From a virus (lineage: Duplodnaviria > Caudoviricetes): 64,000 nucleotides of DNA. The position numbers and the translations under genes are program-made. The number at the start of each line of letters is the position of its first letter. The first letter of the stretch is position 1. This document shows positions 36,632 to 46,180 of this stretch, one piece after another. A model generated the notes under the pieces. The model saw only the letters and a program-made list of their open reading frames with translations, made no database searches and was not told the origin of the DNA. The stretch lies in the IMG/VR virus record IMGVR_UViG_3300047160_010816, positions 1 to 64,000 of that record. One strand, given 5' to 3'.

Positions 36632-38194
36632 TCACTGTTGGGACGCGGCGAGTTCTGCGTCCGCCTTCCGTGCCGCCTCGGTCTGGGACGCCTCGACCTC
36701 TGCCCGCGGGGACCGAGCCGGCTTCTTGAGGCGGGGGGTCGGCGGCTTCCCGTCCGCGTCCCCGGCCTTGCCCACGTTTGAAGGAGCACCGTCCTCCCCG
36801 CCGGACACGACCGCCGCGCCCGTGCCCTTCCTGGCGGCCCGCTCGGTCATCCGGTGCTGGGCCAGCTTCCGGTCGGCGTCATTGTGGTCGCCGTTGCCGT
36901 TGGCCCTCTCCTCGTCCACGGCCGCCTTCCGCTCCTCGATGGTGTCACTGTCCCCCTCTTCGTCGCCCTTCCAGGGGCCGCGGTCGATCCCCGGCATCGA
37001 CGGCCACTCGTCCAGGTCGGCCGAGATGACCAGGCCGTTCTCGTTGCGCTTGGTCTCGTAGTGCAGGTGCAGCTCCGGCTCCATGAACTTCTCCCCGGCC
37101 ACGAACTTGAGCCACGCCTTGACGAGTGTGCCCATCTTCTCGTCTGTGGTGCCAGCGTCGCGGCCGTCGGCCGTGAACACCTTGCCGGTCGCCCGCCGGT
37201 CATCCCCTTCCGTGGGGCGGCGCGCCTTGCGGATCGGATCGAACGAAGGGTCGTTCGAGCAGAGCAGACGCCAGAACTCGCACGCCTGCTCGTGGTGCGA
37301 CCACTTGAAGCCGCGCGACTCCGAGTATTCCTCTGTGAAGCCGTCCTTGCGGCCTGGGCCGCGGCCGTAGTAGCGGTCGGGATCGGAGTCGTGGGCGGAC
37401 ATGAGATAAAGGAGGGCGGACGCATGGCCGGGGTTCAGCCAGCGGGACACCAGCTTATCCTTATCCTCTTCCCAAACGTGGCGGACGCACTTCACCACCC
37501 GCGGGTGGCGGTCCAGGAACTCCAGGGACTCCGACGGGGTCTGGATCGACACGTAGGCATTGCGGTCGATCCGCAGTCGGACCCAGAGCACCCTGATGCA
37601 CCACTTGAGCATGTGGGTCAGCTTCACGAGGTCCACTTCTGAGAACACCTTCCGCTCGAACAGCTCGGACTGAGTGTAGAAGATATCCTCCAGGGACCTG
37701 GGGAGGACGTTGTCGTAGGTGCGGAGCACGTCCGCATCATCGCTGGCACCGAAGCAGACGACCGATTCGATGTACGGCTCGACCGGCCACTTCTGGAGCC
37801 AGTAGCTCCGCTGGTCCCCTCCCCAGCGCTGGCCGGCCCGGACTAGACCGACGAGGCGGTGGACGGCGCTGTTGATGTGGCCGTGGTGGTCGATGACCAG
37901 CGACTCCATGTTGAACTTGTAGCGGCGGTTCAGAATCTCCTGTTCGTACATCATGCTCCGCCGCGGGTTGAACCTACGGTTGTGCACGTTGTTGCGGAGC
38001 CAGACCTTCTGGTTCTCCGCGTCAATCAAGTGGAAGGGGCCGTCGGTGACAACCGTCCAGCCGAGGAGCTTCTTGGCCATGTCTACGGTAACGGGTCCGA
38101 TCCCGTCCACGCGGTAGATCTCCGCCCGCGGCTCGGGGTAGATGATCTCGGGGGTGTCACCACCGTTGTTGGCCTTGCTCTTCTTCTGCGGCAT
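36632..38194 (-). CDS. Hypothetical protein with a ParB/Srx-like N-terminal segment
   Basis: NRRF...Y...MESLVIDHHGHINSAVHRL resembles the NR..NGE..G.L.DGQHRL family; AAGGAGCAAG RBS. Confidence 0.5.
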   Translation of the reverse strand: MPQKKSKANNGGDTPEIIYPEPRAEIYRVDGIGPVTVDMAKKLLGWTVVTDGPFHLIDAENQKVWLRNNVHNRRFNPRRSMMYEQEILNRRYKFNMESLVIDHHGHINSAVHRLVGLVRAGQRWGGDQRSYWLQKWPVEPYIESVVCFGASDDADVLRTYDNVLPRSLEDIFYTQSELFERKVFSEVDLVKLTHMLKWCIRVLWVRLRIDRNAYVSIQTPSESLEFLDRHPRVVKCVRHVWEEDKDKLVSRWLNPGHASALLYLMSAHDSDPDRYYGRGPGRKDGFTEEYSESRGFKWSHHEQACEFWRLLCSNDPSFDPIRKARRPTEGDDRRATGKVFTADGRDAGTTDEKMGTLVKAWLKFVAGEKFMEPELHLHYETKRNENGLVISADLDEWPSMPGIDRGPWKGDEEGDSDTIEERKAAVDEERANGNGDHNDADRKLAQHRMTERAARKGTGAAVVSGGEDGAPSNVGKAGDADGKPPTPRLKKPARSPRAEVEASQTEAARKADAELAASQQ

Positions 38195-38260
38195 AGCTTG
38201 CTCCTTCATATGAGGATGAGTGAAACGAGTACGACGAATTGGTCGGGTCGGCTGCCGGGA

Positions 38261-38617
38261 CTACGTGCCCCGGCGGCCCCTCTGCATTTTCTGTTCGGCG
38301 ATCAGTATCTCCTGACGCCGTTCCGGGCTGACGGTCGGCCGGCCGGCGGGGATGACCTCCGGCCTGGAGGACAGGTCGGGCGGCGGGGCTGCCGGCGGCC
38401 CCTTCCTGCCCTTACCAGGTGGTAGGGGGAGCAGACGTGGTAGGCGGGCGTCCCGGACGGCCTCCAGACTGAGCCCGCGGTCCAGGTCCCGGCGGCAGTC
38501 GTGGCAGACGGGGTACTCCCTGGCGATCTGCCTCCCCCCCGTCCGGTACTCCGTGTGCCGGACGAGAGACTGGCCCTCTGGGACCAGGGCCGTGCAAACA
38601 CCACAGCGGTAAGACAT
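38261..38617 (-). CDS. Zinc-finger hypothetical protein
   Basis: CGVC and CHDC pairs; AAGGAGG RBS. Confidence 0.55.
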   Translation of the reverse strand: MSYRCGVCTALVPEGQSLVRHTEYRTGGRQIAREYPVCHDCRRDLDRGLSLEAVRDARLPRLLPLPPGKGRKGPPAAPPPDLSSRPEVIPAGRPTVSPERRQEILIAEQKMQRGRRGT

Positions 38618-38702
38618 AACAACCTCCTTCCTCCGGCCCGTCGTGAGCCGGCAACAAACACAGAAAGGCCGGGAGAGGCGTACCCCCCCCGGCCGCGGCA
38701 CC

Positions 38703-38894
38703 TTAGTCTCTGGGCACGTGGGGCAGGCGGCGACGGCCCCCGCCGCATTTCTGGTAGCGGGTGAACTGCTCGCGTGCCTCATGCTCCTTCAGCAGGTTCT
38801 TGTAGGACGGGGCGGCGGCGTAGTCCCCCGAACGGTGGAAGCCGCCCTTACCCTGCTGGAGGAACCGCTCCAACGCATCGCGTTGCGTAGACAT
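38703..38894 (-). CDS. Small early protein
   Basis: AAAGGAG RBS within a repeated leader. Confidence 0.5.
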   Translation of the reverse strand: MSTQRDALERFLQQGKGGFHRSGDYAAAPSYKNLLKEHEAREQFTRYQKCGGGRRRLPHVPRD

Positions 38895-39012
38895 ACCGAA
38901 CTCCTTTGCGTGGGCGATGGTGAGTAGTGAGAGTCATCTAACGTAAGACGGCCGCTCAGTCTACCCTCCGGGGCCGGGAGGGTAGTAGGAGGGGTCGGCT
39001 CACTTGCTCCTT

Positions 39013-39180
39013 TCACTTCCAGAACATTTTCACGGCACACCAGATAACCAGCCCGAGCCACCAAAGGAAGGTGAGCTGTCCCTCCCACCGGTCTGCGTAA
39101 CAGGTCAGACAGAGACCGTCGTGGAGGTCATCCTCATCGTCCACCGGTTTGTTGCACTTGCGACAGAGTAGGGTGCTCAC
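39013..39180 (-). CDS. Small Cys-containing membrane-anchored protein
   Basis: CRKC and CLTC pairs plus a hydrophobic C-terminus; GGAGG RBS. Confidence 0.45.
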   Translation of the reverse strand: MSTLLCRKCNKPVDDEDDLHDGLCLTCYADRWEGQLTFLWWLGLVIWCAVKMFWK

Positions 39181-39263
39181 GGGGCACCTCCCTCCTGGGC
39201 GGGGCGGAAGGCCGAGATGCCGGCCTTCTGATTGAGGTAGTTGATGGTTCTGAGGTCCCACAT
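39177..39263 (-). CDS. 28-aa early peptide (MWDLRTINYLNQKAG...)
   Basis: Strong promoter and AAAGGAG RBS upstream; stop overlaps the next GTG. Confidence 0.4.
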   Translation of the reverse strand: MWDLRTINYLNQKAGISAFRPAQEGGAP

Positions 39264-39296
39264 GATCGAACTCCTTTGGCTGAAATGGTGAGTAAG

Positions 39297-39325
39297 AGTA
39301 TAAGGGCGAAGGGGCGCGGTGTCTA
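39297..39325 (-). promoter_or_regulatory. Sigma70-like early promoter
   Basis: TAGACA-17-TATACT. Confidence 0.7.
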
Positions 39326-39544
39326 CCACCGCGCCCACTCGGGCAGACGGTGGTACAGGTAATCGCAGACGGCCTCGGTGTCGGTGGCCGTCCGAACGTC
39401 CCCGCTCATACGCAGTCGCATGGCGGACGCCTTGTGCTCGGCGTAGACGGACAGGGCGCGGAGGACGCGGGCGGCCTCGTCGAGGTCGGCGGGGTCCACC
39501 GACAGGTCGTCGAGGTTCGGCGATTCAAACAACGGTTCGGACAT
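39323..39544 (-). CDS. Hypothetical early protein
   Basis: RBS GGGAG; coherent 73-aa ORF. Confidence 0.6.
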   Translation of the reverse strand: MSEPLFESPNLDDLSVDPADLDEAARVLRALSVYAEHKASAMRLRMSGDVRTATDTEAVCDYLYHRLPEWARW

Positions 39545-39830
39545 GGTGCTCTCCCTTCGGGCGATGGTATAAGCGCCGGGAGCCGGGGTGGGGTCTTTCA
39601 GTCGGCGACTCTGGGTGGGTACGTCCCGTTTTGCGGGCTAGCAGCTCGGTCAGGGCCTAGCTACCCTGCCGCCCCACCCGCCCGTATTCACGGTCCAGGC
39701 CACCCTTCCTAGTCTCCCCCACATTGCTACATCCACGGCCCCCTGACCCCGTAGATCAGGCGGGGTGTCTTCCTCAGAAGTGGCCGGGGGGTCTGCGACC
39801 TCCCCCGGTACGCAACGGCCACGGGCGATG

Positions 39831-40274
39831 TTACGGTACTTCGGTCAGCGGCACCAGCCGCTCGGGTGCCATGATGACCGCCTCCTGGGTCATGTAGTCG
39901 AAGACGTGGTACGCTCCCGCGCCGGCCTTCGCCACCGCGTTACGGATGCGGCGGCTGCCGCCGTCGGTGACCTTGACCTTCGTGCCCTGGTCACCCCTGC
40001 GGACGCCGACGCGGAACCTCTTCACCTCCACGTCGTAGGACACGACCACATCGGCCGGATCGGTGATGATCCGGATGACGCGGCCGGCGGCGTAGTGCGG
40101 TTTCGGGGCGGGCCGGCCGTCGGGGCCGTTGACCGATGCCGTCCAAGTCACCCCTGGGTTAGACAGGTCCACGCACTCCCAGATGGCCAGGCCGTTGCGC
40201 TCCGCCAGCCAGCGGCGGATCAGGGCGACGTTCTCGGCCTTGATGGTGTGCTTGCCTACGTGGGTCGCGGTCAT
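39831..40274 (-). CDS. Hypothetical early protein
   Basis: AAAGGAGCAA RBS. Confidence 0.6.
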   Translation of the reverse strand: MTATHVGKHTIKAENVALIRRWLAERNGLAIWECVDLSNPGVTWTASVNGPDGRPAPKPHYAAGRVIRIITDPADVVVSYDVEVKRFRVGVRRGDQGTKVKVTDGGSRRIRNAVAKAGAGAYHVFDYMTQEAVIMAPERLVPLTEVP

Positions 40275-40275
40275 T

Positions 40276-40881
40276 TCATTGCTCCTTTACGTGGGTGAAG
40301 GTGAGACTCGTGCCGCCGTCGGCCGCGGACAGGAAGCCCCTGACGGTCTTGCCGTTCAGACGGGCGCGGGCCGGCACGCTGAAATAAGTGTCCGGGACGG
40401 AGCAGCGGACTACCCGCCGGACCCCGTCGGGAAACCGGGCAAGGGCGCGGCGGTGGAAGCCGCCGTGGGGGTAAGTGAACTCCTCCCCCTCCATCCAGGT
40501 TCCGTCCTGGTAGTCGTGGCTCTGGATCGGCATGCCGTAGTAGGTACCGGTCCGCGGCCGGGCCGAGCTGTGGCGGCGAGCGAGGCGGGCGTCCTCGTCG
40601 GCCAGCAACTTCTCCAGGACCCAGCCGGCCCCGACGGTGATGTGGCGGGTGCTGCGAACGTAGACCATGTTGCGCCGACCCTTCTTGGCGTAGGCACCGG
40701 GGTGCCTGATCCACGTCCCGTTTTTCGTCTCGAAGTGCCAGCTGCTGCCGCCGACCCGCGGTTCCTCGAACCCATCCACGTAGACGATGGGGGAGGAGGT
40801 CCCCCGGTCGAGGGCGGCGGCGCGCACCAGGCGGGAGGCCCGGCGCAGGTTGGCTTTGTTGAAGTACAACATGGTAGTCAT
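40276..40881 (-). CDS. Hypothetical early protein
   Basis: AAAGGA RBS; abuts the next gene. Confidence 0.55.
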   Translation of the reverse strand: MTTMLYFNKANLRRASRLVRAAALDRGTSSPIVYVDGFEEPRVGGSSWHFETKNGTWIRHPGAYAKKGRRNMVYVRSTRHITVGAGWVLEKLLADEDARLARRHSSARPRTGTYYGMPIQSHDYQDGTWMEGEEFTYPHGGFHRRALARFPDGVRRVVRCSVPDTYFSVPARARLNGKTVRGFLSAADGGTSLTFTHVKEQ

Positions 40882-40971
40882 CCTTTCGTGTTAGAGCGAC
40901 CGGGCGAAGAAAGCGGCCGGCGGGAGCGCGACTCCCCGCGGTATCGCTCCGGCCGAAGGGCGGAGGAGCGA

Positions 40972-41517
40972 TTACATATCGCCGGTGTAGATCGGAGTCG
41001 TTGCCGTATAACGGTCCTTCTCCTGACCGGGGGCATCGGCGAACGCCGCGGCCTCTCTCTCCCATTTGTCCAGGCAGTCCTGGCAGCGGGCATAGGTCTT
41101 CAGGGTCGGCTTCTTGCAGCCGCGGCAGGGGACCGGGATCTGGACGAGACCCCAGACAGAATCCACACAGAAGTCGGTATCTGTCCCTGCCGGCCCCTGG
41201 ACCACGAAGCCGGCGTAGCCGGGTAGAATGCCATCGTCCCAAATCTCGTCGCGGTAGATGCCACCCTCTTCGTAGGACCCACTGAGCCAGTCTCCGTCCC
41301 CGAAGGAGCGAAGGGCGCGGTCGTAGACGATCTCACGGACCGACTCGACTTGTTCCCTGGTCAGAACGACCGGGACGCAACGGAGACCCCAGGACTCACA
41401 GTAGCGGCTGCCGCCACCTCCCTTTGTCAGGGCGTCGCGCTCGGCCTCGACCAGGGCCAGCTTCTCCTCTAGCTCCTTTACCTTCCGTTCCAGGTCTCGT
41501 TTCAGCATCTTGGTCAT
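40972..41517 (-). CDS. Hypothetical early protein with an N-terminal coiled coil
   Basis: Overlaps the upstream stop; Cys pairs. Confidence 0.55.
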   Translation of the reverse strand: MTKMLKRDLERKVKELEEKLALVEAERDALTKGGGGSRYCESWGLRCVPVVLTREQVESVREIVYDRALRSFGDGDWLSGSYEEGGIYRDEIWDDGILPGYAGFVVQGPAGTDTDFCVDSVWGLVQIPVPCRGCKKPTLKTYARCQDCLDKWEREAAAFADAPGQEKDRYTATTPIYTGDM

Positions 41518-41816
41518 GGTAGCAGTCCTTTCTTAGCTAGGGCGACCAGGGCGGAATTGTGCTTGCACTTCTTCCACCTGCGCCACCCGGGGCAGGTGCA
41601 GGCCCCGTCCACCTCGTTGACGCGGTACTCGGTCCCCCCGACGGGGACGTACCGGCAGACGCGCCGCCAGCCGTCCACCCCCGGATCGCCGAACTGGTAC
41701 ATCTCGATCCTCCCGTCCGTATGAGTGATACGGAAGCTGCCGAAGCGGTACTGCCAGCCTCGGCCATTGGGCAGGGACAGGAGGGCGACGGTGCGGTTCT
41801 CATTCTTCTTCATCAT
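41514..41816 (-). CDS. SWIM zinc-finger protein
   Basis: CTCPGWRRWKKCKH (CxC-xn-CxH). Confidence 0.7.
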   Translation of the reverse strand: MMKKNENRTVALLSLPNGRGWQYRFGSFRITHTDGRIEMYQFGDPGVDGWRRVCRYVPVGGTEYRVNEVDGACTCPGWRRWKKCKHNSALVALAKKGLLP

Positions 41817-42066
41817 TGTCGTTGTCCTCCTCTTCCTCGACGAGTGAGCAGCCGGCGTAGTGGGTAAAGCCGTCGGCGTCGGGGCAGCCACACTCCCCAC
41901 AGCAGTCACAGCAGGGGCAGTACACCGTGTACCGACCCGTCGAGGCGAGATGCTCCCCGCACTCGACACATTCGCCCAAACAACGGCCGTGGTAATCATA
42001 ACCAGGGCACTCGCTATAGGTCAGTTTGCAAGAGTGGCCGTATGAGCTGATTTTGGGAAGAGACAT
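41800..42066 (-). CDS. Small Cys-rich protein
   Basis: GAGGAG RBS; multiple CxxC. Confidence 0.5.
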   Translation of the reverse strand: MSLPKISSYGHSCKLTYSECPGYDYHGRCLGECVECGEHLASTGRYTVYCPCCDCCGECGCPDADGFTHYAGCSLVEEEEDNDNDEEE

Positions 42067-42490
42067 GATGTGCTCCTCTATGGGCGTGCGGTTTCGGCCC
42101 CTTACCGGGGGCCATCGTCGGCGGAGGCGAAGAAGCCTCCGGACCGCGTTGGGCGTGGGCGAGCGGTTCTACCGGAGAAGCCAGGGCCACGTGAGCCGTC
42201 CTTGCGTTCCTTCCACTCCCGCTCCTCCGCCCTGCCCGCCCGACTACTGGGAAAACGCCGGTGGGGTCATAGGGCCGGGTCGGTGGGGTGTCCACCTGGC
42301 TGTCCGTCGTCCTTCCCTTACTTCCCCTGGGGTGGAGTCCCGGAGTTACCTGGGTCAGGTTTAGGTCCACTGACCAGCCCCCGGGGCATCGTCCCTTGGT
42401 TTTGGGGGGAGGACCGAGTTTTCAAAGACCCTGGAAGGTGGGGGCGGTTCCCCGATTCCCTTCCTCTCTTCTCTCTCCTGGGCTAGAGTT

Positions 42491-42518
42491 ATTATACAGA
42501 ACCAGGCAAGAGTGGCAA
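42491..42518 (-). promoter_or_regulatory. Sigma70-like leftward promoter
   Basis: TTGCCA-16-TATAAT. Confidence 0.6.
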
Positions 42519-42721
42519 GGGAGCAGCCCCGAAAAGTGCCGCTTCCCACCCGCCTAAGCCCTTCCTGGTAGAGGGGTTAGGGAAATCTGGGAAAAAATGA
42601 TTCGGGAGAAGGGGTCACTTTTCCAGGGCGATAGTTAGTAACAGCTGGCGGAGGCTCGGCCGCCCTACTATCAGGGGAACTAATGGTGCAGAAATCCTCG
42701 GAATTCCGGGGGATTTTCCCC

Positions 42722-42748
42722 TTGACGCCGCCGGGAAACTGGTATACT
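42722..42748 (+). promoter_or_regulatory. Rightward extended -10 promoter
   Basis: TTGACG-15-TATACT with TGG upstream of the -10 box. Confidence 0.5.
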
Positions 42749-43132
42749 GGTGGGGACCTGTTTGGTCACCCGAGGTGGGGGCCGGCTTCAAAGGTCGCCG
42801 GCCACGGTCCTGAGTTCACCGGGCAACGGAAGCTGTGTATGTGGGACGTAGTCCGAAGCCGCGAGGTCAGGGCGAAGCCCGATACCCCTGCCCAGGGGGT
42901 AGTGATGCTTGATCCCCCCTACGCCCCGGTCCGGGTGAGGCGCAAGCCGAGCCAACCACCACCAAAAGATCCGAGGTAAAGCCGCCTGCCCTTAGGGCAG
43001 CCCGGCAAATCGGTACTTTACAGGACCCGATCCCATACTCAGCTCCTCCTGCCCCCTCTTCTTTTATAGTAGGGGGGAGGGGTAGGGGAAGGGGGGGATT
43101 TTCGGAATTCCAGGACGATTCCAGGATGCACC

Positions 43133-43552
43133 ATGCCAACCCGGTACCCCGAACGCGACGCGATCCTTCTGGAAATGGGCTTCCGGTCCTACCGCGCTTA
43201 CCAGGCCAGCGACCTCTGGAAGAGGATTAAAGCGGATGCCGCCCTCTGCCACGGCGATCATTGCTTTCTCTGCCGGCGTAAAGGTGAATCCTTCCACCAC
43301 CTGGACTACAACCGGGAAACGCTAGAGGGGTCGGCCGTCGATAAGGTCATCCCGCTCTGTCGCCGGTGTCACAGCAAGGTAGAAAGGAAAGGCGACGGCC
43401 TACGCAGCCCGGAAGAGGTAGGTAGTGAGTACGCCCGGCGGCGGGAGAGGTCAGTACGGTCCGACCTCCTCGGCTCGGGACCGACCTTCTGCCAAAAGTG
43501 CGGGAGGAAGATTAAGAGAGGAGCACGACGCGGGCTGGACCTTTGTCCGTGA
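43133..43552 (+). CDS. HNH endonuclease
   Basis: CFLC, HHLDY and LCRRCH motifs. Confidence 0.75.
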   Translation: MPTRYPERDAILLEMGFRSYRAYQASDLWKRIKADAALCHGDHCFLCRRKGESFHHLDYNRETLEGSAVDKVIPLCRRCHSKVERKGDGLRSPEEVGSEYARRRERSVRSDLLGSGPTFCQKCGRKIKRGARRGLDLCP

Positions 43553-43632
43553 CACCGTCCGAAGAGACCTGTGGTATGATAGTATTAGTAAGCAACGAAG
43601 TCGCCCCTACCTACTACGATGAGGAGACCACC

Positions 43633-43908
43633 ATGCCATCGAAAACGACCACCACCTGCTCCTCCCCCGAGCCCAAGCGCCGGGGGCGGGGAGTCCCCTA
43701 CCCGTGGCACGCCTGGTTCGACCTGGCCCGGCCACCCTCGCGGGGCATCCGTCTGGTCCGGGGCAAGCACTTCACCGCCCGCGCCTACGCCATGGCGCAG
43801 CAACTACGGAACGCCGCCTACACCGGCAAGGGCGGTTACACCGGCCCCGTCAGTGTCACCGTGTCCCAGGATGAGCAAGAGGTCACCATGTCCATTCCCC
43901 AGGAGTGA
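43633..43908 (+). CDS. Small DNA-binding-like protein
   Basis: GAGGAG RBS; upstream TGG-TATGAT. Confidence 0.5.
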   Translation: MPSKTTTTCSSPEPKRRGRGVPYPWHAWFDLARPPSRGIRLVRGKHFTARAYAMAQQLRNAAYTGKGGYTGPVSVTVSQDEQEVTMSIPQE

Positions 43909-43972
43909 AGGAGCAACTGTCGTCACCGGGGGTGTGGCCTGTGCCCCTTCCTCTCCTCTTACCAGGAAACCC

Positions 43973-44452
43973 ATGACCACTCACGTCGGCATCGACCCCG
44001 GCGTCTCGGGGGGGATCGTCGCCCTCCGGCCGGTCGAGGGCCGCCCGCTGCTCGTCACCGGCTACAAGATGCCCAGGGACGAGCGGGGGACCCTCGACCT
44101 CCTGCGGGTTCTTGCTCCTCCGGGCCGGCAGGTCTTCGCCACTCTGGAGGTCATCACGCCCTTTCACCAGGGCACGGGCAAGGCGAGCATGGCGAAGCTC
44201 TATGGCCACTACCGGGCGCTGCGGATGGCCTTGACCGCTATACCCATTCCCTTCCAGGAAGTGGGTGCGGCCCGCTGGCACCGCGTCCTCGCTATTCCAC
44301 CCAGGGAGAAGAGGGAAGGGCGGACCGAGTGGAAGCGCCGGCTGCGGAAGTTCGCGGAGGAGCTGTTCCCCGACGAGATCGTCACGCTGGCAATCGCCGA
44401 CGCTCTCCTGCTGGCCGAGTACGGTCGCAGGTGCGAAGAGTGGTATCTATAA
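43973..44452 (+). CDS. RuvC-like Holliday junction resolvase
   Basis: GIDPG, LEVI and ADALLLA catalytic motifs. Confidence 0.8.
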   Translation: MTTHVGIDPGVSGGIVALRPVEGRPLLVTGYKMPRDERGTLDLLRVLAPPGRQVFATLEVITPFHQGTGKASMAKLYGHYRALRMALTAIPIPFQEVGAARWHRVLAIPPREKREGRTEWKRRLRKFAEELFPDEIVTLAIADALLLAEYGRRCEEWYL

Positions 44453-44485
44453 CAAGGGAAGAGATTTTTATCCGTTTGCGAGTGG

Positions 44486-44512
44486 TTGACAGGGCGGGGA
44501 CTATGGTATGCT
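44486..44512 (+). promoter_or_regulatory. Promoter immediately upstream of guide unit U2
   Basis: TTGACA-15-TATGCT with extended -10 TGG; the unit starts ~9 nt downstream. Confidence 0.6.
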
Positions 44513-44521
44513 AGGACCAGT

Positions 44522-44627
44522 GGCCGGCGTCACAAATTTTGAGAACGTAGGAAGGGTTGCCGGCCCTTGCCCGTTGACACTCTGGCCGGCGTTTAGCGGA
44601 GTGAGATCGTCGGTGCTCTTGCCGGCC
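44522..44627 (+). ncRNA. TIGR-like guide units U2 (44522-44565) and U3 (44584-44627)
   Basis: GGCCGGCG-tcacaaattt-TGAGAACG-taggaagggt-TGCCGGCC and GGCCGGCG-tttagcggag-TGAGATCG-tcggtgctct-TGCCGGCC. Confidence 0.8.
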
Positions 44628-44647
44628 TATAGCCAAGGAGGAAAACG

Positions 44648-45250
44648 ATGCCCCTTCTACCTACCCAGACCCCGTTGCAGTGTCACCTCAAGCGCTGGCG
44701 ACTCGGCTGCGGTGCCCCCGAGTGCCAGGAAGCGTTCAAGCGGGTCTTGTGCAAGGGGACCGTCCCCTGCCAGGTGCTCTTCATCGGCCAGGCACCGGGC
44801 AAGACGGAGAACGTGGTCGGCAAACCCTTCGAGGGCCAGGCCGGCCGGCTCCTCGACCGCATCGTCCACGCCGCCCTCGGGGCGCGTGAGCCGCCGGTGA
44901 CGTGGGCGATGACGAACCTGGTCTGTTGCTTCCCCGGCGCGGGGGAGGACGGCAAGGACCTCCAGCCGGACCCGGAGCAGATCGAGAGCTGCTCCTCCAG
45001 ACTGGTGGAGTTCGTGGCCCTCTGCGACCCCCTGCTGCTCGTCTGCGTCGGCAGTATGGCCCGCGACTGGACCGACCCGCTTCTGAAGTTCTCGGTGAAG
45101 TTCCACCGCAACATCCCGAGCATCGACATCCGCCACCCCGCCTCGTTCCTCCACGCCAAGGTGCCGGAGTCCCAGCTCCAGCAGGGCATCCGCAGGGCGA
45201 CCGCCGCGGTCCGCACCGCCCTGGAGGAAGTGTTAGCCAGAACCGTATAG
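44648..45250 (+). CDS. Uracil-DNA glycosylase family 4
   Basis: LFIGQAPG, GKPFEGQAG, TNLVCCFP and HPA motifs; Cys for an Fe-S cluster. Confidence 0.85.
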   Translation: MPLLPTQTPLQCHLKRWRLGCGAPECQEAFKRVLCKGTVPCQVLFIGQAPGKTENVVGKPFEGQAGRLLDRIVHAALGAREPPVTWAMTNLVCCFPGAGEDGKDLQPDPEQIESCSSRLVEFVALCDPLLLVCVGSMARDWTDPLLKFSVKFHRNIPSIDIRHPASFLHAKVPESQLQQGIRRATAAVRTALEEVLARTV

Positions 45251-45258
45251 TGTTCTAT

Positions 45259-45302
45259 GGCCGGCGTTAGGGTGCGTGAGACCGTGGGTTTTGCTGCCGG
45301 CC
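45259..45302 (+). ncRNA. TIGR-like guide unit U4
   Basis: GGCCGGCG-ttagggtgcg-TGAGACCG-tgggttttgc-TGCCGGCC; TATAGT at 45246-45251 upstream and a T-run downstream. Confidence 0.8.
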
Positions 45303-45394
45303 TTTTTAACTCGTGGGGAGGAGCAGGCGTGGGCGAAAGTGATACCGATGCCGGCCTTGCCAGCCCTCCCCACCCTTTCAAGGAGAACCGCGTT

Positions 45395-45967
45395 ATGGTT
45401 GATGTACCCAAGAAAGTGTCCGACCTCTGCAAGGAGGCGGTCAAAGAATTTCCGAATGACATAGACAAAGCCACCCAGAAGGTCTGGGGTGCCGTCCGCA
45501 AGATGAAGGACCGGGATGAGCTGACGCTCCTCCTGGCCGAGCACGGGTGTCAGGAACTCGTTTATGACGCCCGCCATTGTAACAACGCCACCATCAAGAG
45601 GGATGTTGGCTATTACAAAGACGTGAAGCCCAAGGTCAACGGCGTGTCGGGGGAGACCCTGCGCGTGTTCAAGAATTGCTTCGAGTACCTCATCGGCGGC
45701 CGCCGCCTCGGCAGCATCCCCGGCGAGGACCTGCTGCCCCTGGCGGACAAAGAGTTGGCGTTAGCCAACGGCCACCATGCCAATGAAGACTTGCTCCGGT
45801 GGCTACACCCGAAGGTCCCCAGCGGCCGGACCGTGGAGGAGGCCGTCAAGGCCCGAGCCCTGGGCCAGGCCATGCGCCGGTTCGAACAGAAGTACCAGAA
45901 GAGCGCCGCCCGCGTCACCGGCGAGGACGAGGAGAAGGATAAGGACGAGGAAGAGGATAAGGAGTAA
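45395..45967 (+). CDS. Hypothetical protein inside the TIGR-Tas locus
   Basis: AAGGAG RBS; flanked by U4 and the U5-U8 array. Confidence 0.65.
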   Translation: MVDVPKKVSDLCKEAVKEFPNDIDKATQKVWGAVRKMKDRDELTLLLAEHGCQELVYDARHCNNATIKRDVGYYKDVKPKVNGVSGETLRVFKNCFEYLIGGRRLGSIPGEDLLPLADKELALANGHHANEDLLRWLHPKVPSGRTVEEAVKARALGQAMRRFEQKYQKSAARVTGEDEEKDKDEEEDKE

Positions 45968-45978
45968 GGGGGCACTCG

Positions 45979-46152
45979 GCCCGGCGTATAGGTTTCTGAG
46001 ACCGACAAGAGAGGTGCCGGGCGTTACTACCAGTGAGACCGTAGCAGGCTTTGCCCGGCGCTCTGCCCTCTGAGACCGTTACGACCGTTGCCGGGCTGAT
46101 TGACTTACCGCCGGCGCGTCATGGGGTGTGACCGCAAGAACTTTTGCCAGCG
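45979..46152 (+). ncRNA. TIGR-like array, units U5-U8, directly upstream of the Tas gene
   Basis: Alternating edge (TGCC(C/G)GGCG) and loop (TG(A/T)GACCG) repeats with unique 10-nt spacers; 37-nt period. Confidence 0.85.
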
Positions 46153-46180
46153 GACTACCTAACCGAAAGGAACCAGAACC

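Noticed and set aside
39702-39711. Exact match to revcomp of U2 spacer B (ACCCTTCCTA)
   Set aside because: Spacer A does not match the adjacent sequence; isolated 10-mer hits are expected by chance with 42 spacers on both strands
41851-41878. Third TGGGTAAAG occurrence
   Set aside because: Inside a minus-strand CDS, weak stem and no downstream guide unit
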